Shown: positions 24,102 to 30,380 of the stretch, in pieces
Position numbering within the stretch: position 1 is the first letter of the stretch
Layout of the letters: the number at the start of each line of letters is the position of its first letter
Assembly (NCBI GenBank): GCA_023657465.1
Contig: JAGTJX010000004.1
Location: 18,053-50,052 of the forward strand
Direction: 5' to 3'
Source of the DNA: Lysobacteraceae bacterium
GTDB lineage: Bacteria; Bdellovibrionota; UBA1018; JAGTJX01
DNA length: 32,000 nucleotides
Position numbers and translations under genes: made by a program
Notes under the pieces: model-generated
Seen by the model: only the letters and a program-made list of their open reading frames with translations
Database searches by the model: none
Told to the model about the DNA's origin: nothing

Positions 24102-24188
24102 CATGAGCGCTGTTTGCTCATTAATTTAAAGAACTTAACGTGCACCCGAAGGCCTAATTGACATTCGGGCGTTTCCATTTCTATGAAA
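24102..24188 (+). repeat. Linker left module, copy 1 (hairpin 1 ATGAGC-N7-GCTCAT, hairpin 2 CCCGAA-N13-TTCGGG, then CGTTTCCATTTCTATGAAA)
   Basis: The same two-hairpin unit recurs at 27381-27422, 28801-28880 and 29297-29375. Hairpin 2 followed by a T-rich tail resembles an intrinsic terminator for the upstream plus-strand gene. Confidence 0.8.
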
Positions 24189-24191
24189 TAA

Positions 24192-24644
24192 CGCTCCCCA
24201 CTCTCCGCCCCAGTTGATGCATCTGACTGGTATATCAGTGATCGATTATCAGAAAAGCTAAAGAGTTATCCAATGGCGGATTTAGTTCCCTATCGAAACT
24301 ATTATCTAAAGCATATTTGGAATCGAGCAAAGTTCTATAACGGTCTCTCGAAGAAAGTGTTGGGAAGAGAAGTAAAGCATACGCTACTGATTCATCACAA
24401 TCTACTTAACGCTCTTTTCTTAGATGATTTATTGGCTATGTTTAAGAAGAATGGGTGGAAAATCATCTCTGCTGAAAGTGCATTTTCTGATCCTATCTTT
24501 AAAACTGAAGCAAAAATAGCCCCAGCTGGAGAAAGCATTTTATGGGCACTTGCTAAGGAAACGGGTAAATTTGAATCAATATTACGTTATCCGGCAGAGG
24601 ATAGTGACTATGAAAAACCAGAAATGGATCGACTCGGACTTTAA
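24192..24644 (+). pseudogene. 5'-truncated polysaccharide-deacetylase-like gene fragment
   Basis: The frame is open from 24192, directly after the linker, and reads RSPLSAPVDASDWYISDRLSEKLKSYPMADLVPY...HTLLIHHNLLNALFLDDLLAMFKKNGWKIISAE...PAGESILWALAKE. This resembles only the C-terminal part of a deacetylase-family protein. The N-terminal catalytic part is missing. Family assignment is by eye. Confidence 0.45.
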
Positions 24645-24704
24645 GAAATTCGACTAAATTTGCGGAACCTTCCTATAGCATGGGTCTCTATTTCAAGTGT
24701 CCTC

Positions 24705-25007
24705 TCAAGCAACTTTCAGCCTGTAATCAGGATTGATCTTTGAATAAAGCCTGATGAGCTTATCAGTGCTAAATCGGGTAATCCGATGATTGAATATCCT
24801 GCTCATATCAGCCTTGGTAATGCCTAAAAATTTTGCCATCGCAACGGCACTTAATTCATGTTGCTGAGAGTACTTAAGAAGGTCCTGGCAAATCTGGAAT
24901 CGAAATCTAGCTAGCTCATCGGCGTCAGGCGATAGCATGAGAAAGCCAGGTTTCTTGCTAAGTTTTGCTCTGATTTTTGATAATTCCTTTTTACTTGGAA
25001 AACCCAT
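24705..25007 (-). CDS. XRE-family helix-turn-helix antitoxin (HigA-like)
   Basis: HTH region is LSAVAMAKFLGITKADMSRIFNHRITRFSTDKLIRLY. It starts 3 nt after the upstream small toxin-like ORF. Its SD (GAGGAAG) lies inside that ORF's 3' end. Confidence 0.75.
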   Translation of the reverse strand: MGFPSKKELSKIRAKLSKKPGFLMLSPDADELARFRFQICQDLLKYSQQHELSAVAMAKFLGITKADMSRIFNHRITRFSTDKLIRLYSKINPDYRLKVA

Positions 25008-25010
25008 TCC

Positions 25011-25193
25011 TTACTTCCTCCTATATGCGTTGACGACTCCAATATAAAGCTCATCACCTTCTAATAACCAAACTAACTTGTAGTTTTTTCCTTCAAGTCT
25101 CAGTTGGTCGGTAACAAAATACTCATAAGGTTCGTCGCTGTCTTGAACGGGATAAGTACCTCCGTCTAGTAATTTTACAAGCTTTACGACCAA
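25011..25193 (-). CDS. Putative toxin partner (toxin-first, HigB-like arrangement); start uncertain
   Basis: The C-terminal pattern NYKLVWLLEGDELYIGVVNAYRRK resembles small RelE-fold toxins. Only a TTG start is available, because an in-frame TAA lies 8 codons upstream. The gene may be N-terminally truncated. Confidence 0.45.
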   Translation of the reverse strand: MVVKLVKLLDGGTYPVQDSDEPYEYFVTDQLRLEGKNYKLVWLLEGDELYIGVVNAYRRK

Positions 25194-25322
25194 CTCATCA
25201 TTAATTACATTTTTATGTTAAACCTCATAGTGAGCGTCAATAACGACCTTATGGATCGGTCGAGAGTTTACGGTAATATTGATTGCGTATTCACGGCGAT
25301 CCAAACATCCTAAAGTAGCATA

Positions 25323-25344
25323 ATGTTGTCATATTTGACAACAT
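25323..25344. promoter_or_regulatory. Perfect palindrome ATGTTGTCA-tatt-TGACAACAT, candidate operator of the adjacent TA module
   Basis: 9-bp arms with a 4-bp spacer, about 130 nt upstream of the toxin ORF on the minus strand. It overlaps a TTGTCA -35-like hexamer. Confidence 0.5.
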
Positions 25345-25380
25345 CTATTTCTAGTTGGCTTTACGTGGTTTACCGGAAAT

Positions 25381-25441
25381 AACTTCGTCACTTCAACTAG
25401 CCCGCTTAATGGATAGAATGTCCATTTAATCCGGTAAATAG
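25381..25441 (+). repeat. Linker fragment (AACTTCGTCA...CGCTTAATGG...TCCATTTAATCCGGTAAATAG)
   Basis: It aligns to the ATCAACTAAA-CGCTTAATG-...-CCGGTAAAAG part of the linkers at 26548-26603 and 28961-29012. It stops abruptly at the 3' end of the Phd-domain gene. Confidence 0.7.
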
Positions 25442-25442
25442 C

Positions 25443-25772
25443 TCATGAGACTGGAGTGATCTCTGCGATGGCACGACCATGCTTTAGTAATCGCACAGTA
25501 TTTCCTCTCAGTACTTGATCGAGGATCTCTCCTGTTTTGTTCTTCAATTCAGTTGCCGAATAGCTCAGTATATTCTTTTTTAATTCAGCAATGACCCAGG
25601 ATTCGAGTTTAAGTAGCGACTGTACGGGTAGGGCGCTCTCAGACATGAGTCCGTCGTTTAAAATAAAATGCATCGCGACTGAAAACTCAATCCCAGGAAA
25701 ATAACCCTCGGAAATTTTCATTTTTAGATTTTCAATCAGATCAGGATTTAATATCTGCGACAATGTATTCAT
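25443..25772 (-). CDS. Protein with a C-terminal Phd/YefM-like antitoxin domain, encoded downstream of Fic
   Basis: I placed the start at ATG 25772, which follows AAGGAG and lies 11 nt after the Fic stop. The C-terminus SYSATELKNKTGEILDQVLRGNTVRLLKHGRAIAEITPVS matches the Phd/YefM N-domain pattern. The N-terminal 65 aa are unrecognised. Confidence 0.55.
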   Translation of the reverse strand: MNTLSQILNPDLIENLKMKISEGYFPGIEFSVAMHFILNDGLMSESALPVQSLLKLESWVIAELKKNILSYSATELKNKTGEILDQVLRGNTVRLLKHGRAIAEITPVS

Positions 25773-25783
25773 AAGTTCACTCC

Positions 25784-26413
25784 TTATTCTTTTGAAATGC
25801 GTTTTTTGAAAAACCGCTCTAATTGTGAGAGGTCGCCCGAGTTGGCAGCTTCTAGTGCTCTCAGATGCTCGACTTTGTCCTTCAGTTTGAAAGTGAACAA
25901 GCTTTTGAATTTCCAATGCAGCCAGTACGCCATCAAAACCCTGCCTATTCGCCCATTGCCGTCTTGGAAAGGATGAATGCTCTGAAAAGAATAATAAAGC
26001 TCTGCTATTTGATTTCGGTCATGAGGATCACGATTGTAAAGCTTGATCCATTCCTGCATTGCAGTCTGAACTTTTGATGGACTGACATAATCAAACCTGC
26101 TCCCGTCTGAGCGAAAGGTATAGTTTTCGATCGATTTCCATTTGCCATGATCTCCAGAGAATCCAGTAAAGAGTTTCTGATGAAAACTCTGAATCAAGTC
26201 TATCGAAACATAAGGGCTTTTTTGTAATTCATGAATCAGCCATTCGACTGCAGATCTATAGTTGAGGAGTTCTCTGGCTTCAGAGATGGGGTGACCAAGT
26301 ACAGTCCTGCCAGCCAAGATCTCGCGAGACTCCTGTTCGGTCAATGTTGAGCCTTCGACGAGAGTGGACCCGATCAATAAGGCATCTTCAAGATCTTCAA
26401 GCTTCCACTTCAT
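25784..26413 (-). CDS. Fic-domain protein (AMPylase/Doc-superfamily)
   Basis: The canonical Fic motif HPFQDGNGRIGR is present. I prefer the start at ATG 26413 (MKWKLEDLED). The TTG at 26449 is the track alternative and lies inside the promoter palindrome. Confidence 0.85.
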   Translation of the reverse strand: MKWKLEDLEDALLIGSTLVEGSTLTEQESREILAGRTVLGHPISEARELLNYRSAVEWLIHELQKSPYVSIDLIQSFHQKLFTGFSGDHGKWKSIENYTFRSDGSRFDYVSPSKVQTAMQEWIKLYNRDPHDRNQIAELYYSFQSIHPFQDGNGRIGRVLMAYWLHWKFKSLFTFKLKDKVEHLRALEAANSGDLSQLERFFKKRISKE

Positions 26414-26453
26414 ATTGACTATATTAGCTAAAAAAGCTAATATAGTCAATATG
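26411..26453. promoter_or_regulatory. Perfect 19-bp inverted repeat (5-bp spacer) forming a symmetric TTGACT-N17-TAATAT promoter on both strands
   Basis: CATATTGACTATATTAGCT-aaaaa-AGCTAATATAGTCAATATG. On the minus strand the -10 ends 7 nt before the Fic ATG, and the CAT of the left arm is that ATG. Confidence 0.7.
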
Positions 26454-26460
26454 GTGTGAA

Positions 26461-26759
26461 TACTTCGTCAGAGTGCCTTTAATGGGATCAGAACACTTGC
26501 CTGTTTTTTTTACAATCGTAGGACTTACACCGACTGGTTTGCACCATCCGCCAAATCAACTAAATCGCTTAATGAGAATAATGGCAAGTATTTCCAGTAA
26601 AAGTGGGTGAGCGAGAATGAGCGTTATTGAATAGAAGGCTTGTTACAATACCCTACGGCGCCGCGCTTGACTGAGTATGTTAGAGTCGCTATTTAACTTT
26701 TGTTTACTAAATGAAAGAAAATGGATTCAAAACACGAATCATATCTACTGGTCTAAAAC
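26461..26759 (+). repeat. Linker copy A (right module with X2 motif, promoter and leader hairpin)
   Basis: Roughly 80 percent identical by eye to 28957-29167 over about 210 bp. It precedes the secreted-protein gene at 26798. Confidence 0.8.
26667..26695 (+). promoter_or_regulatory. Conserved linker promoter TTGACT-N17-TATTTA (copy A)
   Basis: Hexamers lie at 26667-26672 and 26690-26695. The same hexamers and spacing occur in copies B and C. The leader hairpin GATTC-N7-GAATC lies at 26724-26740. Confidence 0.6.
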
Positions 26760-26797
26760 CCTTGAACTTTAGTCGAGAATGAAATACTAGACTCAGC

Positions 26798-27355
26798 ATG
26801 AAAATATTCATTTTTTGTTTTTTTATACCTACTTTTGCTCTTAATTCTTTTGCAGAAGATCGAATTAAATTTGAAAAAAAAGGTGAAACTTACGATTTTC
26901 AAGTGAGTGATATCAATGGTCCTAATGGATCAACGGCACAAGAGGCCTTCCTCTATTACATATTTGCAGGCGCAAAAAAAAATAACTCGGATCAGAACGA
27001 CTGGAATGCATTCTACCGTATTCCTGGTTATAGAAAACAAACTATCAGTAAACTGCTTAAAGTAAATCTAGTTGGCGATTTACCAAAATATATTTGGCAC
27101 TTTTCACTTCCAACAGATGACCTGATTTCACACAAAAGCACGGAGAATAGCGAAGAGATACAAATCAAAGGTGAAGTAGCTGAGGTACTCTATGACGGTA
27201 TTCAAAATATACTAGCATACAACGATAGTCTTAGCTCTTGTGATAAGGAAAAAAGAGTTTTTCTTGGTAAAAAAATTGCTTGCTCACCAACTAAAATTAG
27301 AATCCAAAGTGAAGAATACGATTCAGCTCAATGTAAACTCACTTTAGATAAATAG
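26798..27355 (+). CDS. Secreted hypothetical protein
   Basis: Signal peptide is MKIFIFCFFIPTFALNSFAED. Length is 185 aa. No homology was recognised. Confidence 0.6.
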   Translation: MKIFIFCFFIPTFALNSFAEDRIKFEKKGETYDFQVSDINGPNGSTAQEAFLYYIFAGAKKNNSDQNDWNAFYRIPGYRKQTISKLLKVNLVGDLPKYIWHFSLPTDDLISHKSTENSEEIQIKGEVAEVLYDGIQNILAYNDSLSSCDKEKRVFLGKKIACSPTKIRIQSEEYDSAQCKLTLDK

Positions 27356-27387
27356 TTACCTGCTCAACAATTAGAAATGTCATGAGC

Positions 27388-27412
27388 GCCCGAAGATAAA
27401 TCACTTTCGGGC
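27388..27412 (+). terminator. Linker hairpin 2 acting as an intrinsic terminator (GCCCGAA-N11-TTCGGGC, then GTTTTCATTT)
   Basis: 7-bp GC-rich stem with a T-rich tail, 33 nt after the stop of 26798..27355. Confidence 0.65.
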
Positions 27413-27439
27413 GTTTTCATTTGAACTAAAATCAAATTA

Positions 27440-27808
27440 TTACGCAGCCCAATCCAAATCAATCCCTGAGAACTTGGCAAGTGGGATAAGTCCATTTCGA
27501 CTATTACCAGCTTCCTTCAAATCTATAAGACCAATATCGGCAAGGAGTTTGACATCGGTATGAACATTCTTGAAATCCCGTCCAAGTAGTTTCGCTAAAT
27601 CATAAATGGACTTGGGGCTTTGTTGAATGACCGCACGAAGAATCTCCATGCGAACTTTTGAAAAGACACGAGCTACCGCTTCTAGACTCGTAAAAATGAT
27701 TTCATCATCTTTTTGAATACCTTTTCTCTTACCCTCGATAGCCTCTGCCCATTCGCGTTTAGTGTTTTCTATTGTTTTAACAATAATTTTTGCATGTTTC
27801 TTTTTCAT
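27440..27808 (-). CDS. Winged-HTH antitoxin-like regulator (TumA-like partner)
   Basis: I placed the start at ATG 27808, which forms an ATGA overlap with the upstream gene's stop. HTH-like region is SIYDLAKLLGRDFKNVHTDVKLLADIGLI. Confidence 0.55.
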   Translation of the reverse strand: MKKKHAKIIVKTIENTKREWAEAIEGKRKGIQKDDEIIFTSLEAVARVFSKVRMEILRAVIQQSPKSIYDLAKLLGRDFKNVHTDVKLLADIGLIDLKEAGNSRNGLIPLAKFSGIDLDWAA

Positions 27809-28125
27809 ACTAAGAATCCCTCCATTCGAACCAAACTCCAAAAATCTTCAACTAACTGACTTACATCTTTAAATTCATACGCTTCTTCTCGCCCATTCCG
27901 GTGCAAATGGGGCCCCTTTGGCTTGTGGTTATCAAATCCAACGATCACTTCGCCTGACTCCCTCCAAACCAAGAAGAGAGAGAACTTTCGACCCTCTGGA
28001 TAATGAGGGCTTTCTGGAACATCAAATATTTTCAGCTCAGCAATGGCAACTTCTTCGCTAGCTCTATGAATGACTTGAACTTTAGAATGAAAAAGCAACG
28101 TCGCTGCTCGACGGGGAGAAGCCAT
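27805..28125 (-). CDS. TumE-like (DUF6516-type) toxin-antitoxin system protein
   Basis: The motif pattern HYPEGRKFSLFLV...GFDNHKPKGPHLHRNG...YEF resembles the TumE/DUF6516 family. Assignment is by eye. Confidence 0.55.
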   Translation of the reverse strand: MASPRRAATLLFHSKVQVIHRASEEVAIAELKIFDVPESPHYPEGRKFSLFLVWRESGEVIVGFDNHKPKGPHLHRNGREEAYEFKDVSQLVEDFWSLVRMEGFLV

Positions 28126-28163
28126 ATATGTTTATATTACCATATATAGAGCTTTGGTCAAGG

Positions 28164-28385
28164 ATTTCTACGAAAGAACATTCCAAATTCTACGCCCCAA
28201 CCTCTACTAAGTAATTTCCATTTAATCCGGTAGGCTTGTTTTCTAGAATCGCGAAATCAACTAAAACGCTTAATGAAAATATTGGCAAGTATGAACCCGC
28301 CTCACTTGACTTAGTCTACTAATGTTGATATTTAACTCGTGTTTACAAAATCATAGAAAATCTATTCAGAACCTGAATCAAAACT
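28164..28385 (+). repeat. Linker copy B (starts at ATTTCTACGAAAGAA; has X1 motif, promoter and leader hairpin; lacks the X2 segment)
   Basis: It aligns to 28871-29160 of copy C, with a deletion of about 75 bp after GGCAAGTAT. Confidence 0.8.
28306..28334 (+). promoter_or_regulatory. Conserved linker promoter TTGACT-N17-TATTTA (copy B)
   Basis: Hexamers lie at 28306-28311 and 28329-28334. The spacer sequence differs from copies A and C but its length is conserved. The leader hairpin ATTCAG-N3-CTGAAT lies at 28364-28378. Confidence 0.6.
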
Positions 28386-28418
28386 ATTTAGTCAAATGAC
28401 GTGAAGGATAGTGATGTT

Positions 28419-28796
28419 ATGAAAAAAATTATATTATGTGTGTTGTTGTTGATTTCGAATGCTGCATTTGCTCAAATAGAATTTGTCGAAACATATACCA
28501 TCGTTAGCCAGAAACCAGATGACATCTTCAGTACCATTATTAATCTTACTGATAATACAGGAAAAGTATTTTGTATAACTTGTCAGAATCCATTTGATGC
28601 AAGCTTTAAACGATCTGTCGCGTTTTGGGCTTATGGAAATGGTAGCGATAAATGGATTGCAACAACAAGTGAAACATTTAATTCAGACACTTGTCAAAAA
28701 CAAATATACTCATTGCTCGAACGTTTAGATGGCACGAATTCAATTGAGATTACTGTGAAAAATAAAATCTTAGTGAAGATGGATCTTAAGCACTGA
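28419..28796 (+). CDS. Small secreted hypothetical protein
   Basis: I moved the start to ATG 28419. Signal peptide is MKKIILCVLLLISNAAFAQ. The mature part of about 106 aa has 3 Cys. Confidence 0.6.
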   Translation: MKKIILCVLLLISNAAFAQIEFVETYTIVSQKPDDIFSTIINLTDNTGKVFCITCQNPFDASFKRSVAFWAYGNGSDKWIATTSETFNSDTCQKQIYSLLERLDGTNSIEITVKNKILVKMDLKH

Positions 28797-28840
28797 CTTC
28801 ATGAGCATCACATGCTCATCCTAGTAAAAGATTCTCGAAC

Positions 28841-28865
28841 GCCCGAAGGTAAATCGCTTTCGGGC
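28841..28865 (+). terminator. Linker hairpin 2 / intrinsic terminator (GCCCGAAG-N8-CTTTCGGGC, then GTTTTCATTT)
   Basis: 8/9-bp GC-rich stem followed by a T-rich tail, 45 nt after the stop of 28419..28796. Confidence 0.7.
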
Positions 28866-29075
28866 GTTTTCATTTCTATGAAAGAATTTTCGAAATCCTG
28901 CGCTCGAACCTCTACTCAGTAATTTCCATTTAATCCGGTAGACTCGATTCCAAAAACCGCCAGATCAACTAAAGAGCTAAATGGGAATATTGGCAAGTAT
29001 TTCCGGTAAAAGAAGGGTGCTAAGAGTGAGCGTTATTGAATAGAATTTCAGCCATATTGCCATACGGATCCTACC

Positions 29076-29104
29076 TTGACTTAGCCTATTAGAGTCGCTA
29101 TTTA
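29076..29104 (+). promoter_or_regulatory. Conserved linker promoter TTGACT-N17-TATTTA (copy C)
   Basis: Hexamers lie at 29076-29081 and 29099-29104. The leader hairpin GATTCA-N5-TGAATC lies at 29133-29149. Confidence 0.6.
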
Positions 29105-29205
29105 ACTCTTGTTTACAAAATCAAAGAAACTCGATTCAGACCATGAATCTAAATCATGGGTCTAAAGACAAAACTGCTGCTTCCATTTCAAAGGTCGTTA
29201 TTTTG

Positions 29206-29292
29206 ATGAAAAGACAAAATCCATACTATTTTATAATAGCTGGAGTTGGCTCGAGTGATCCCGAAATAACTGTTTCGTGCATATTGTTCTGA
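29206..29292 (+). CDS. 28-codon ORF (MKRQNPYYFIIAGVGSSDPEITVSCILF) at the position where other cassettes carry their gene
   Basis: It lies about 100 nt after promoter C, the same distance as in cassette A, and is followed by another two-hairpin module. The frame also opens at ATG 29143 (49 codons). The SD is weak. Confidence 0.2.
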   Translation: MKRQNPYYFIIAGVGSSDPEITVSCILF

Positions 29293-29296
29293 TCAC

Positions 29297-29440
29297 ACGA
29301 GCATCACCTGCTCATTAAAACAAAGGAATTATGAACGCCTAAAAAACTAAATTTCTTTCAGGCGTTTCCATTTCTATGATTGAACGTTCCCAATTCCATC
29401 CCTACTTCTACCGGAAGTATTGTCCATTTAATCGAGCAGT
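29297..29440 (+). repeat. Linker left module, copy 4 (degenerate hairpin 1, hairpin 2 GCCTAAA...TTTCAGGC, CGTTTCCATTTCTATGA, X1-like TCCATTTAATCG)
   Basis: It aligns to 28797-28940. It lacks the TTGACT promoter module and runs directly into the SD of 29455. Confidence 0.7.
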
Positions 29441-29454
29441 AAGGAAGAGAAACT

Positions 29455-29940
29455 ATGAAAATTTTAAGTCTTGGCATCTTAATAATAGGGTCAAATGCAT
29501 TTGCTTTAGATTTTGATGACTATAAACATTGGTACAATAACGGAAATAAAACAAAATTTACTAAAAATGCTCCTGATGAAACCGACCGTCTAAGTCGCTC
29601 AACTCCTCAATGCACCTTCGCTGTGCATTCTCCACCACGCTCAGAAAATGCTTCCGCAATTGCTATTGAGCCAACGAAAAATGGAGATATACTTGTTTTT
29701 GGATCTGTAACAACCATTGGAGACTCTAGAGCTCGTAAGATGCTTGCTAAATTAACTTCAAATTCTGAGTCGGACTCAGACTTGATTTTGGGTATTCGAA
29801 AAAACAATCTAGATGTTTATGAAGATGCTGCAGCTCCTGTAAGAATACTAATTCGTTCTGGTTATCGCGATCTCTACTTCAAAATCGAAACAGTTTCTGT
29901 GAGTGAAAAATTAAAGAATTTGCATACGGAAGATGTTTGA
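29455..29940 (+). CDS. Secreted hypothetical protein
   Basis: AGGAAG SD is present. Signal peptide is MKILSLGILIIGSNAFA. Length is 161 aa. No homology was recognised. Confidence 0.6.
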   Translation: MKILSLGILIIGSNAFALDFDDYKHWYNNGNKTKFTKNAPDETDRLSRSTPQCTFAVHSPPRSENASAIAIEPTKNGDILVFGSVTTIGDSRARKMLAKLTSNSESDSDLILGIRKNNLDVYEDAAAPVRILIRSGYRDLYFKIETVSVSEKLKNLHTEDV

Positions 29941-30014
29941 ACGCTTATAGAAAATATTAGTCCCTAAATTTGTAGCCTTTTGATGCTCTAAAAAGCAAAG
30001 GACTAAAATTCAAC

Positions 30015-30050
30015 AAAACCCTTGTTGGCATGATCTGCTAGCAGGGGTTT
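30015..30050. terminator. Bidirectional hairpin terminator between convergent genes
   Basis: AAAACCCTTGTTGG...CTGCTAGCAGGGGTTTT forms an imperfect long stem flanked by A and T runs. It lies between the 29940 (+) and 30058 (-) gene ends. Confidence 0.55.
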
Positions 30051-30057
30051 TATGTTT

Positions 30058-30366
30058 TTACGAAGCCTGTTTCTTTTCGCTTTCAATGGATATTTTGAGA
30101 CCGACTGCTTTGAGTAGTGATCTTAGAGTCGAGAGTTTTGGGTTTCCATCTTTTGAAAGCGTCTTATAGAGACTCTCTCTACCTAATGAAGCGTGTTCTG
30201 CAATCTCTGAAACTCCGTGAGCTACAGCTACGTCTCGTAGAGCTAAAAGAAACACATCTTCACTATCATCTTCATCTAGATGAGCATTGAGATATGCAGC
30301 TGCTTCCTTTGGATCGTGCAGTGATTGAATGAGTCCATCTTCATATTTTTTCGTTCGTTTTGGCAT
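30058..30366 (-). CDS. Addiction-module antidote protein (HigA-family HTH antitoxin)
   Basis: I placed the start at ATG 30366, which follows AGGAG. LHDPKEAAAYLNAHLDEDDSEDVFLLALRDVAVAHGVSEIAEHASLGRESLYKTLSKDGNPKLSTLRSLLKAVGL is the typical antidote-family sequence pattern. Confidence 0.8.
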   Translation of the reverse strand: MPKRTKKYEDGLIQSLHDPKEAAAYLNAHLDEDDSEDVFLLALRDVAVAHGVSEIAEHASLGRESLYKTLSKDGNPKLSTLRSLLKAVGLKISIESEKKQAS

Positions 30367-30380
30367 CTTTGTCTCCTTTG

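Larger units (their letters stand above)
27423..28163. mobile_element. 741-bp discrete insertion carrying the TumE/TumA-like TA pair, splitting a linker and flanked by ATTT on both sides
   Basis: The left junction is ...GTTTTCATTT|GAAC. The right junction is ...CAAGG|ATTTCTACGAAAGAA. Intact linkers read GTTTTCATTTCTATGAAAGAA. No terminal inverted repeats or recombinase were seen. Confidence 0.45.
28801..29167 (+). repeat. Linker copy C, the most complete copy (hairpin 1, hairpin 2, X1, X2, promoter, leader hairpin)
   Basis: Hairpin 1 is ATGAGCAT-cac-ATGCTCAT at 28801-28819. Hairpin 2 spans 28841-28865. X1 is TCCATTTAATCCGGTA at 28925-28940. X2 is TATTTCCGGTAAAAG at 28998-29012. The promoter spans 29076-29104. 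Confidence 0.85.

Noticed and set aside
28988-29006. Sigma54 promoter in the conserved GGCAAGTATTTCC segment of the linker
   Set aside because: The GG is present, but the -12 element would be TTCC/TCCG instead of TTGC, and the spacing is one base off the TGGCAC-N5-TTGC consensus. No enhancer-binding protein gene is nearby.
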